Source of the DNA: Octopus bimaculoides
Lineage: Eukaryota
NCBI RefSeq assembly: GCF_001194135.2
Contig: NC_068987.1
Span: 27,399,215 to 27,452,609, forward strand
Length of the DNA stretch: 53,395 bases
Reading direction: 5' to 3'
In this document: one piece after another, positions 12,150-24,269 of the stretch
Layout: the number at the start of each line of letters is the position of its first letter
How positions within the stretch are numbered: the stretch's first letter is position 1
Made by a program: the position numbers and the translations under genes
The notes under the pieces: model-generated
Database searches by the model: none
Seen by the model: only the letters and a program-made list of their open reading frames with translations
Told to the model about the DNA's origin: nothing

Positions 12150-12871
12150 CACCACGCATTAACTTTCAAACGAACCTTCAATAGATAGCTATGAGATATG
12201 AGAGGATGTCTTACTAAACCTCCGTACCTTATGGATGTAACACGCATGCCCTTACTATTGGTTGACCTAGAGTAAGAATCGTCCGCTAAATAGGCAGCTG
12301 TCCGATAGAAGCTCCCAATATGCATAGAAACTGAACGATATTGTGTAAGAACGATTCATCGCAGACTGCACTTCTTGAAGCTGTTGTGCCTGAAGGCTTC
12401 TCCTAAATAATTATTTCTGTCCTCATTGCACTGCCATATACAGGAATTTTGCAAGCTGTTCCTTAACCTTCAAGAGAGGAAAAGTTCATATAGTTCTTGT
12501 GGGCGTTTCTTAGTTGTTCCCAGGCTATGATTTTTTTTTTGCCTTTCACGAAACCTGCATATAATGCTTTACTTGTCTTCCTGTCGACAGCATTATACAG
12601 TTTCTAGAATACTTTCGTTGTCCCACGGCATTGAAATTGCCAAACACACACCGTCAGTTTCCACTTGTAATAAACGCTCAATCTAAGAAAAGAATTTCAG
12701 AAAATGACTGCAGATTTCTTATATATTTCTGCGTGCAGATCCACATATAAACATATATAAGTAATCTATTTCACACTTGAAACTTGTGGGGTATATCCAG
12801 GAGAAAAAGAGGAAAGAAAAGAGTGAGCCAGAGAGAGAGAGAGAGAGAGAGGGAGGGAGAGNNNNNNNNNN

Positions 12872-12919
<48 letters not shown>

Positions 12920-12959
12920 AGTGAAGAAAACTAAGGCAAAAAATTCTTAAGATATTGAT

Positions 12960-13088
12960 TTTAAATCTTAAAACAAGGCCACCAAGTTCGGGTGAGGAAG
13001 TAAGTCGATTACATCGACACCAGTGCACAACTGGTACTCATTTTTTCGACCCGAAAGGATGAAAGGCAAAGTCGAATTTGTCGGAATT
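12960..13088 (-). mobile_element. tRNA-derived SINE type B, 3' part
   Basis: AAGTCGATTACATCGACACCAGTGCACAACTGGTACTCATTTTTTCGACCCGAAAGGATGAAAGGCAAAGTCGA is the reverse complement of the body seen at 43742-44163 and 50393-50607. Confidence 0.85.
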
Positions 13089-15805
13089 AGAAAGAAAATA
13101 GATCTTAATGTATTAGATAAGGGAAACATGAGATTTCAGGGACTAGAAGAGTCATAATATAAGACTTTAAATCGTCACTTGTTCAGAATGAGTACATTCA
13201 TGAATTGAAACATCAAATGCCAAATTAAAGTACGAATTAGTTTTCATTGCGTAGAGTAGCAATATCAATCAAAGATCGAAATTACATAGAATAAATTATA
13301 TAATAATGGATATTTTTCAAATATACAAAAATAAGAGATATGTTGCATTCACAAGCATTCAGGTTAGAAACCATTAAGATTATCTGAAAGGAGTAAAATA
13401 TTAGCAATTCAATTGACAAAGTGGGCATACCATGTGGAATACAATATTATAGAGATAAGCTATCCAAGCAGTAAAAAAAATCAAACATCTGCTATAAACC
13501 AGCTAATATTTTCGTTGGTTGAAATCATAAAGTAACTTACATTAACATTACCAAGAATGTAAAACAATGAATCACAAAATGACTTCACTGGAAAGAAAAA
13601 AATGTTGGGTATACCAGAGTAGATAATAAAACGAACCTTTAGAAATATAAAAAAAAAAGAAATGCTACTAAGAACGTAACAGCCATTATGTAAATAAAAA
13701 AAATCGAGTCGAAAACATACGTAGACGAAGTGAAGATAAACCAAAATATGTAAGGCATAAGTAGATATATTAAAGTTTAAGATAAATATTAGATGATAAA
13801 CAACATATAATCTACAAGTCGAAAATGGACTGTAAAATAAACTGAAGAATATCTATAAAATACAAAATCAGATTCACAAGAATAAACAGATTTTAAAGAA
13901 ACGTCTTAAATCTGGAAGATCATAAATTTTTAATATAGAAAACTTTTAATTCTAACATTTACATGTCATGTGCACACATATTCAGAATTATGCAATAGTT
14001 GAAGATATAAATAAATTTGCATAAGCTTATCACATGTCTTGTTTTTTAAAAATCATAATTATTTGCAATACACGGTTTTAGATTTCAAGCTTAGTGAGAT
14101 TAGATACAATGTCGATCTATAATATTAACGGAAATTAGCTACGTCACTTTTCATTTTGGATTCAAACGACTCTGTTTTCCTTGTCTTTGGTCTGGATAAA
14201 ATAAACTCTCTTCCATTTAGTCAACTGACTTTCGTGATTTCATGCCAATATCAGTAATCGACTGTTAGGCAAATTTCACAACAAAATAAATGTAAGGCAG
14301 TTGGGCAAATTCATAAATTCAGTTTTGTGGAATGTTTCTTCATCATCCTTGTTTGAACCCAATTCGCACCTGCATCTAATTGCTAAAATTTTGTAATTAT
14401 TCTCAAATAAAAGAGGAATCGTTCCCCTGGCAATTAACTCCACAATAATCCAGTGCTTATTATGTCTGCTACACATTTATATCTAATTGGTTTTCATTGC
14501 TGCGGCCCAAAAAAAAAACAACCTAATATAAACAAGGATTTAGTACCCCTCCCCAGCTGTAACGTGGCCTCCGCGATGATGCCAGTATTCTGTGCATGTG
14601 ATCTTCGCATCTTATTGCTTGGTCAAATTTTATAATCCGACCATTAGAAACTGTTTCAACAAAGTGTATTTGATTTCCGATCAGGCAACAAACGACTGCA
14701 AAATTTGGCGTGTATTCATGCATAAATTTTTCCTGAGAGTGTTATATATTCATGAATCATTTTTTGAAACATTTTAATCATGTGTCAAAAATCACTATAA
14801 CTCTGAAAGTATTTTTCTATTTATTATTAAATTATCTAAAGTTGTCTTTCGGGCGGTATGAGTCTAATAACTTTATCCTTTCGTCTATAAATAGAGATAT
14901 GCATTCATAACTGTATACAAAGTACTTGAAGTTTTATCCAACAGGACTGCTGTAACAAGTGCTGTAAAAGGTATTGTTTCCATGGTGCTGGTAGTCATTC
15001 TGGCTACGGCTCTTCCAAATCACATAAAATGCTTGATATTGACAGAAAGCTGGCAAGCAACAATACAATCAGCATTTTCTCATATCATATTTGATAATAG
15101 AAGAATAAGAAATTTGAATATTTATATTCTGACTTAGTATGCCTTAAAAAGGCTGTACCTCATCCATCATCTAAAAGTGAACAGCACACAGTTAGAATGC
15201 AGAAAGGACTAGTTAATTTATGGGTAGCAGTTTGGATTGAAATATGTATGTATATGTGTGTGTATAGTCTGTGAGAGTGTGTGTACATATACAGTTTGGA
15301 AGCTTCAGAATTACAAGACTGTCTATATAATACGTTATTAATCACTGCAGTTCTTAGATAACTGAAATCATACCAGTTTTTACTAAATTTCTACTACAAT
15401 TAAGATTTGTCCTAAGTTTCTCTGTATTTAATTACATTCTATACATCTTGTAGTGTACAATATATTACAACAGGTACATACACACACACATGCACACACA
15501 CACGCATGTGCCGTGAATTCTGAGAACACACCACGTATATATGTGCCATGCATTACTTTACATAATACACCAATTGAAGAATGTTCTTTACGCATATGAT
15601 GAATCTATAAATAGATGTATTATGTACTGCTCCCTTTAGTCTTTATCCGTACATGCTTTATAACATTTTTGTTTCTATAATCATATAGATATAGAATGGT
15701 TCAATGACATGCGAAGAAATAGCATGAGTTATGGAGTAAGAATTTCCGTTATCTCCCCATTTCATTGTGAATAAATTTTTTAAATATTTCAAATCATGAT
15801 AATTT

Positions 15806-16820
15806 TACTACTACTACTACTACTACAACTACTACTACTACAACTACTACTACTAATATTTCATGTATTAGCCACTAGGGTCGACATACAGGGGACGATA
15901 CAGTAGACAAGGACCGTGGAGATTTTACACAGAAACAACGAGTACACAAAAGAATAACAATGGTATCCAACAAAAGAATAGAACGATGAATGTTCCCCAA
16001 TAGGGGATGGGGTTAACCGTCTGGAATTGACTCAGGTACCCTGCTAATCCGGGAAGGGTACTCTCCTTCTAAAATTCACTAGCCTATAGGTGCGTTATTA
16101 GAGTAGGTTCACTCACGGGCCATTTTCGCTATATTCACCCACCTTTTAGCACATGTACTGGGAGATAGTACTTCTCTCTCCACCTTAATCTTCCTTTCAA
16201 GTGAAATTTGAAAAAGTTGACAAGGAATTGATCGAAGAGAAAAGTGTCTATATTCAGTCCTTTCAACCTGGTCCACCATACAACCGCTTTCGCTACTGCT
16301 ATCAGATAGATGAAAATTGCCTGCCCTTCCGGACAGATGGAAGGCGGCAGACCGATCCTCACTATGGACTCGGCTAAAAGCCGGACACGTCCTACACGTT
16401 ATAACAGCTGTTCAATATAACTTCACAAGGCAGTAATGCAAGGACACTGGACGAGTGTGTGCAGAACGGTTTCGTCGCTCTGCGTGCATCTGGGGTAGAT
16501 CCACCTGACAGCATTTCCATGCCTGTAGAGTTTATTTCAAGCCAGCAGTGCCCCCGAGTAGCGCTGCCAAACTAGGGATTTCTGGAAGTTATCCATCGTC
16601 TACGGCTCGAAAGTCCTGCTGAATAGACTGATTAGTTCGACTCCGTCAACGCCTAGCGTCTCTCCAAGTACGTCATCGTCCTTTCTCTTGACTAACCCTC
16701 TGTAGAACTCAAAAGTGGATGTTTCACTGATCGCAATACCCTCCTGGTTGAGGGCAGTGAGTGTCTCGCAACATTCCAGATGCCAGTCACCTTGCTTCGT
16801 GGGGAGTTGACAACTCAAAT
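15806..16820 (-). mobile_element. 5'-truncated L1/Tx1-type LINE (ORF2 C-terminus, 3'UTR, (TAG)n tail)
   Basis: PRC...DETVLHTLVQCP zinc-knuckle remnant and KAVVWWTRLKGL; ORFs 16135-16362 and 16600-16824; (TAC)n on the plus strand at 15806-15855. Confidence 0.85.
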
Positions 16821-16980
16821 ACATTGACTATGGTGTTTCACTGGTAATTAATCAACCAACACCGAAAGGATGAAAGGCAAGTCGACATTGGTGAAATTTG
16901 AACACAGAACGTGAAGACGGACGAAATGCTGCTAATCATATAGCCCAGCACGCTAACGATTCTGAAAGCTGGACGCCTTC
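16820..16980 (-). mobile_element. SINE type B, older copy, 3'-truncated at the LINE junction
   Basis: CCGAAAGGATGAAAGGCAAGTCGAC...GAAATTTGAACACAGAACG...GCTAACGATTCTG. Confidence 0.8.
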
Positions 16981-16994
16981 TACTTAATAATAAT

Positions 16995-17193
16995 TCTTTC
17001 TGCTCTATGTACAGGGCCTGAACTTTTGGAGAGGGGGCTAGTCGATTACACCGACCCCAGTGTTCCACTGGTTCGTTATTTATCAACCCCGAAAGGGTGA
17101 AAGGCAAAGTCAACCTCGGCGGAATTTGAACTTAGAACTTAGCGGCAGAAGAAATACCGGCGTGCTAACGATTCTGCCTACTCGCTGCCTTCA
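16995..17193 (-). mobile_element. SINE type B, full length, with 13-bp TSD
   Basis: Complete head to tail; ACTTAATAATAAT at 16982-16994 and 17194-17206. Confidence 0.88.
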
Positions 17194-17195
17194 AC

Positions 17196-17235
<40 letters not shown>

Positions 17236-17239
<4 letters not shown>

Positions 17240-17432
17240 TTTGACTCTATATCTTCAGGAGGAGTTACCTCAATCCTTTCTATATAAACGAAAATGAAGT
17301 AGATTGACAAATTTATTTTTTGAACCAGTGGAAGACACGCAAGATGTCGAAATATTGTTCACGAGATAGCAAATGGCACTCTTCTTTTAATTTTGACTCT
17401 ATATCTTCAGGAGGAGTTACCTCAATCCTTTC

Positions 17433-17439
<7 letters not shown>
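17236..17439. mobile_element. 152-bp-period unit (1.34 copies) with hammerhead-like motifs on both strands, inside an (AAT)n array; candidate retrozyme or Penelope pLTR-derived element
   Basis: Perfect 52-bp direct repeat 17236-17287 and 17388-17439; (AAT)n on both sides; plus-strand motif 17321-17361 and minus-strand motif 17375-17421. Confidence 0.55.
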
Positions 17440-17476
<37 letters not shown>

Positions 17477-19286
17477 CGTAGTAGTAATATCATAAATCGG
17501 ATGTCTCTACTCAAGTAATAAAAGAAAAACGGGGCTATATCAAATGAAAGGTGATAAAATGAGTGTGTACGCTAAAATTAGGACAGCTGGTATAGATATC
17601 AGCATTCGTTTCGAAAAACAATCTATTAGAGAACGGTCTGCATAATAATTAATTTTAATTTCTTAATGCATTTCATAGAAATATTTAACCAAAATTTCAA
17701 GAAAAAGCTGGTTTTATATGGTATACTAGGTTTTGCTACTTGAATAATCCGAAAAACTGGTAATCTACTTACAAAGGAGGGCCAAAATTCATAACTGACA
17801 AAACGATTTAAACCGAAAAGAAAAAAAAATAGGAAAGATTAAGACGCACTATATAATCTAATTATTCACTTTAATGCTGTATCGTATCTACCAAAATGCC
17901 AAACATAAACAATTTTAGAGAGTACTGATTATTTGTGATCGAACCATTACAACTGATATACGTTGAAATAAAGGAGGAGACCAGATCATTAATAACTTCT
18001 TTATAACATTATGAATATGTTATTTTGCACAGTCTGTGACTGGAAAATATCTAAGAAAGCTGACAACAGATTTGCGTAAGTCTGTTTTTCGTTTTTATAG
18101 CCAGCTATTGGCGACATGTTTCTGCATAAAAGCGCTGTCATCATAATAACACTTTAATTCCAAATATATAGGATAGATTTAATAGATATCGAAAATAACA
18201 ATGTGGTCAGCACCATAACAAAAACAGACAAGATAAGACACTAATACTGTCTGGTTATATAGTGTCAAAGACGGTAAAAGTAAAGTCATTTGTTCAGCAG
18301 TTAGTTTTAGAAATGTCAAATTACGAAGACTTATCTGGATATATTTTGTTATAATGTAATATTCGTGAATGCGCGTATTAATTTACCCGATACAGCAGGA
18401 TTTTGACAATGAGTCCCAAACTTATGAGTCATGGAAAATCACGCCATAGAGCAATTGAATATGTTTGGTCTTTTCATTATTTCGATGAGTATTAATTTCC
18501 AGTGTAACTGATTACTAATATTAATTCCAAAGTGCGACACAAGGCCAGCAATTACAGAGAAGTAGTAAGTAAATTTTTACTCTTGATATAGTACGTATGT
18601 TGTTGAGTTTTGGTGAATATAACCCTTTCCAAACGACCGTTCTTCTCTGTGCCATCTTCCAAGCAACATCCTTTCAATTTATAAGTGTTCTACCACCTTC
18701 TTTGACAAACAAGTAAATTGGAATCCTTAATCTGTTTGATGTATGGTCATTTTGCAGTGCCTATATGATATTTAAACTCACTATCAAAATAGTTCATTGA
18801 AAAATCCTATCGCTAAAAAGTTTGTACTCGATTTCATATACAACGAAAGATAGAAATAATTTATTTTGTTAGAGTTTCTCACTGAAATTTGTATGCATTG
18901 ACATCAGAAATTTGTTTTATCACAAGTGTTCTACCACCTGTGACAATACTGAAAAGTAGATGATTTTCACTCAAAATATATACATAGAGTATTTTGGAAT
19001 AATCTCTTTTGATATACTAATACTTTTATTAAAATTTTCCATATCAAAAATTATTATCGCTTACAAAGTTAAGAATTTTCTTTCAAGCTTAAATTTGCTT
19101 TAGATTCTAAAGTATTTAGGTTCGATGCTCTGTGAATCTAACTATTTTTTATGAACTTTGAAACATTATATAAATATATGACATTCCACTTTATCGCCGA
19201 TAAAATTCTGAATATTTTATAGGTGTAATTTAAGTGTGATACAAAGAAAATTCATGCAATTTTATATCTTCAAGGGTATTTGAAAT

Positions 19287-19313
19287 ATTTTCTACTTTAG
19301 GCACAAGGCCCGA
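19287..19313 (-). mobile_element. 27-bp extreme 5'-truncated SINE type B insertion with 15-bp TSD
   Basis: Insert reverse complement TCGGGCCTTGTGCCTAAAGTAGAAAAT equals the SINE 3' end; AAGGGTATTTGAAAT at 19272-19286 and 19314-19328. Confidence 0.85.
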
Positions 19314-19515
19314 AAGGGTATTTGAAATCGTGTTCCAACTTCATTCTGGTTTGTATCTTAATGTGAAGGGTTTTAGAGATTGTGTTGAGAAATGGTTACG
19401 TTGTTTTCAAATAAACGAACATCGATACACATAGACACAAATTCTGTGCACGCACACACACACAGAGGCATATGTGTTTGCACGCACGCACATAGGGGTT
19501 TTTCATGTGTGTGTT

Positions 19516-19534
<19 letters not shown>

Positions 19535-19611
<77 letters not shown>
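19535..19611. repeat. (GA)n microsatellite following (GT)n
   Basis: Directly visible. Confidence 0.97.
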
Positions 19612-19614
<3 letters not shown>

Positions 19615-19844
19615 CAAGATGTTGCTTAAATTATTTCAGACCCTTAAACCCATCCAAATTCTGACGCTCTTGAACCGATATAAGTAAGAGGTATTTGTGG
19701 GGTATTCTCTCGGTACAGTAAAATTGTGAGCGGCCTAATGGAAATATATCTTAAGAAACTTCACTGACGAGCACATTAAGGGTAACCTAAAATTCATGCA
19801 TGAAATTGGGCGACTGGCAAATTGAATAAATAGTATACACATAA

Positions 19845-20005
19845 ATGGTTTCTAATTAAGGCACAGAGCCAAGAATTTTAAGAGGAGGGGATACCATCGA
19901 ACTCGGTACTTGATGATACTTAAACTTATCGACGAATGTCAAAGTTAACTTTGGCGTGATTTTAATTTAGGGCGTAAAAAGCTGGCAATAATTATCGGTA
20001 ATTAT
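19845..20005 (-). mobile_element. Old SINE type B copy
   Basis: GGTTTCTAATTAAGGCACAGAGCC...CTTATCGACG...CAAAGTTAACTTTGGCG, a diverged match to the family. Confidence 0.6.
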
Positions 20006-20591
20006 ATTTCCAGTGCTCAAATGATTCTACTAGCTCACAATATGTGATGTTGTTGATCTTGTTTATCTTGATGTTATTCCTAATTGGGTAGAATCCTTAG
20101 ACATAACAGTCTTGTAGAAAACTAGTAAGATAGATATTAAAAGAAGATATTATTCCTTCATGACGTGGGTGAAGAAGCAACACTTGGTAATTTGGATGTC
20201 GTTTATAGAAGTCCGAATGATCACATAGAATATTTATACTTTGCACTTCGGCTGTGATGAACTGTGCGTATATTATTGATTAACAAAACGATCGAAACCC
20301 TTTCACAAGTTTCTTCCAAGAACGCAATTACCACAAAGTAATTCATGAACATTTACACTATAAAGAAGCTTTTGAATACGTTCAGGATATTATTGTATAT
20401 TCCGGTTTCATAGAGCACCAGCTGATGAATATATTTCCATGAAAGCACATAAACGTAAGTGTAATTTGTGTCGGATATGTACTCTAAGTACAACGGTAAT
20501 TAACATGTATTACTCAATGAAATGAAAATTGAAACAAAAACTTTAATGCTAGAATTAAATCTGTTCTTCAGTATTAATTTGCTCTATCTAA

Positions 20592-20645
<54 letters not shown>

Positions 20646-20799
20646 NNNNNNNNNNNNNNNNNNNNNNNNNNNNNNNNNNNNNNNNNNNNNNNNNNNNNNN
20701 NNNNNNNNNNNNNNNATATATATACCGAAGAGTTTCGCTGAAGAGATTTTCTCTCTTGGTGCACATAATTTATATGAACTTTATATAACTCCTTAGAAT

Positions 20800-23170
20800 A
20801 CTTATTTAGTACACAGGTTTCCCGTTTTGCTAATCATAACTGGCAAATTGGTCAAACTATTGCAATTTCGTTGTATCTTAAGGAATGTCTAGCCCATGTT
20901 AGTTGCATGAGAGTCTCTTCGTAAATAGGTACACTTTTTGGAGGGGTGAGGTACATTTTTTTGGAAGTTGGTTATGCGTTCATAAATTCAAATATTTGCA
21001 GGATCCAAAATTAGTTATGCGTTCATATTGAAGCGTTGTTTGTATGCCTTGACAAATATAATCGCTTTATTTAATCGTTGCTGTATAGAGATTGTTTCCA
21101 TGCCCTGGCAGATGGGGAAAATCGTGAAGTTTGGTTGGATTCCACTCACATCTCTGTAGGTGTTCGCTTAAAGGAATTACCCTATACCTTGGAGAAAGAA
21201 TCTCTTCCTTATGGAATGTAGTTCTTCTTCTGAAGCACATCATTGTTTGGCCTATATAGTTGTGTTCACATCTGGAACAACTTCTCGCATAGATTAAATT
21301 TTCGGATGCATGAGTGAAATTAGTCTTCGTTGTGAATATCGTACCCTGTTTGAAGTATAATTCTGAACCTCCCAGTAGGTTGGGGAATGTTCCACATTTT
21401 GGAGGCCCACATCTTTTAACTGTGGTTCTGGTGTTCTTGGGTATAACGTCGCATTTGTCAATATTCTTTTTAGTGATTTAGATTGTTTTTTACTTTTTAT
21501 TAATTTGTGCGTTTCTAGAATGTGGTTCATCTTTGGATCCTCGTAAGTAGAGGTAAATTTTTAATAATGTTGTATGCCTCATTGTTTTTAGTGTTGAGTG
21601 TCGATATAGGGTAGTACATGTAGACGAGATGTGGGATTTTGTTTTGATATTTATTTTCTTGGCAAGTTTAATCCCATCATCTGTTAGTGAGTGTGGATAA
21701 TGTCTCGCCTACTGTGGTTCTAATGTCTTGAAGTCGAAGGTACAGAGTATGTCCATCAGACCCTATTATGCAAATACTTTTAATCAAATTAAAAGTAATA
21801 TTTTTTTAATGTGTTTTGGACGGCGTGAATTAAACAGAAGGCATTGCTTCGGGATAGTTGGTTTATAATAGATATCGGTTTCAATTTGATTGTTGACTTT
21901 TAAAATCAAAATATCAAAGAATCGGAGTTGCTCTTTGTTGTACTCCATTGTAAACTGAATATTTAGATTTATACTATTGCATAGCGATTTAAATTGAAAG
22001 AATTTATCAATATTCTCATGCCAAACAATAAAGCATCATCCAGATATCTCTTTCAGTTCCCTATTATATAATGGTAAAAGGACAATCTATATTTTTGTAG
22101 TGAGATTTGAAATATAGTTAATTCTAATTAACTCATTAATAGGAACTGAAGGACTCGGGATGCTTTTGTTCCTATCGTAGTTTCACATTTTTCCCGTAGT
22201 GGGTAGTATCAAAGAGAATGTAATTGTTCTGGAAGATTAATTTTAAAGTGTCAAAATAATAAATTCTAGGTTAATGAACTCTGAAAGTTTTTTGGGATAA
22301 TTTTTCAGCCAGAATTTGATTGCTTCTATTCCATAGTTGCATGAGATATTGGTGCATAGATTGACAACTTCGAAGGACACCTTAACTGCCTTGCATTGTT
22401 TGATTTTGGTAGGTGATTTAACATATCTAAATAATCGCTAATGAAGCTTTTGATATATTTCGAAAAGGGTTTCAGTAGGATGTCTAGAAAATTGCTTTAT
22501 CGGTGGGTTGTACACGCTAAGCCAGCAATAATTGGTCTTAGTTTTAAACCTGGTAGAACTTGAACATTAACGTGTAAACCTCATGATTGTTTGCATGCTT
22601 CATTAATTATTTGGCTCTTGATGATTTAAAGTAGGCCGTAAAAGAGATTAGGTTTACATTTAAAATTTGTGATACAATCTATTTCTTTGTCTCTTAGACC
22701 TCTTCCATGCTGGTGAATTAAGTATGACGGATTTTTCATTGTTTTCTGCTGTTTATAGTATTCAACCTTTTCGCAGACGGTATCGTTTTTTAGCATGGAC
22801 AGTACTAGGGTTTTGTAGTATACTGTGTCCATCAGAACTCCTGCATTTCCTTTGTCAGCTTCTTTGTCAGTTCTTTATTGATTTGCAGTTCAATTAAATT
22901 CTTCCATGCAGTATTGTTGAGGTTCGAGTTGATTCTTCACTTGTTCAAAGTATTCGGGTAATTCAGGATACGATCATAAAAGTCATCTAGTGTTTTATTC
23001 CTACCATTAGGTGGAAGAAAATTGCTTTTGATTTTCATCAGTGAATCATTGTCATTACTATAATCAATTAGTGTTTCTGTAAGTCTCAGTTTTCTGCACA
23101 ATTTTGTAATATTATCTTTGCGGTAAATTTTAGTTCTTTTGTAAGTATGTTGAATTTTGTTGCTGCAATA
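20800..23170 (-). mobile_element. Penelope-like retroelement (RT plus C-terminal GIY-YIG), decayed, about 2.4 kb
   Basis: MDTVYYK, LRPIIAG, VSFEVVNLCTNI...GIEAIKFWL, RYLDD (22035-22046), and SENLIYARSCSRCEHNYIGQT...RRRTTFHK (YIGQT 21244-21258); multiple stops and frameshifts. Confidence 0.93.
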
Positions 23171-24180
23171 TTTCAGGGGTCAATTTTTTTTTGTGTTAAT
23201 GAAGCTTATCAAAATGTGCATACTTACTTCTATGTGTGTGTAATTTTCGTGTGCTGTGCTTGGATATCTGTACACATACATATAGGCAATTTGAATTTCA
23301 TCTTAAATTCAATAATTTAAGTTTCCGTATACTATACTAAATGCTTAAACTGAATACAACTTTTTATTCAATATATGAATTACTAAAAGAAGTAAAACAC
23401 ATGTGCATTTTACATGCACATATGTATGCATAAAAGTACAAGCGTGTTGTACTCCATGCAGTTAAAAACAAATTCATGCCTTGTATACAAACTTATACAC
23501 AAAGTATATATATATATATAACTTGGTGTAAAAACAGGGAGTGGGAAGTTCTATTTGAAGCTATTTCTGAATATTTACAATGAGGAATTCCTTTGACGAT
23601 AATATAAATATTGTCGACATTTTTGCGTGTTCACTCTTGTTTGATCGTTTAATAAATATTGTTTTGCATGAAAGAATTCGCCTTATCTGAATATCCTGTA
23701 TCGAAGAACAGCAGAAAAGATAATAAGAAAATAATTTACCCAGTTTACACCTATTTTTGATCAGAAATGTGTTTCGGTGTCGTCGATGCGGAAGCCACAG
23801 AGTAGATGCCTTCAAGTGAAGATGAATCACAATGAAAGTGGAAACTTATAATTGTTTCTTTCTTGGTTGTTTTAGTCTTCCATATTAATAATAAACGGAA
23901 AGTACCAATTTCGCATGGACATTTCTCAGTGATAATATTCAACCCTGTAATCTTTAAGATTTAATCTTATATCCAAACCAGAGTACAGCAAACGAATTTA
24001 TAAATGATATCGTTGTTACATTGAGACATTTTACAGATCATTTCTTCAGTACAGAACTATAATGTTAAAAGCGACACTGATATTTTATGATCAATATATG
24101 AAATCTACGGGATGCGTACATAATTGTATCTTAGTATCTTCAGTATAAATGTAAATTAAACTACTCCTGTGGAATATATG

Positions 24181-24232
<52 letters not shown>

Positions 24233-24269
24233 ATATATGGGTGTGCGTATGTGTGTGTGATTGTGTGTT

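Larger units (their letters stand above)
11808..12661 (-). mobile_element. Degenerate L1/Tx1-type LINE ORF2 C-terminal fragment, interrupted by an rDNA insert
   Basis: 12150-12661 translates (frameshifted) to KALYAGFVKGK, CDESFLHNIVQFLCI, IGQL, PIVR, ILSYLIAI, collinear with the 16 kb copy (FEFYRGLVKRK, SDETVLHTLVQCPCI, IEQL, SIVR, IFIYLIAV). 11808-11837 gives IFLTSQSLIP, matching TFLFDQFLV of that copy. Confidence 0.65.

Noticed and set aside
12170-12350. Apparent sarcin-ricin loop and further 28S similarity (GATATGAGAGGA, ACTGAACG)
   Set aside because: The region is better explained as collinear Tx1 ORF2 on the minus strand.
20395-20460. CTGATGA-atatatttccat-GAAA (plus) and GAAACCGG (minus) downstream of the Penelope
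   Set aside because: Stems I and III cannot be formed; core spacing may be chance.
20720-20800. Minus-strand CTAAGGA...GAAAC-tcttcg-GTA next to the Penelope 3' end
   Set aside because: Position is suggestive, but the core is mutated and stem I does not pair.
23829-23900. Signal-peptide-like (M)KWKLIIVSFLVVLVFH
   Set aside because: Needs a frameshift to join the ATG; T-rich sequence yields such runs by chance.
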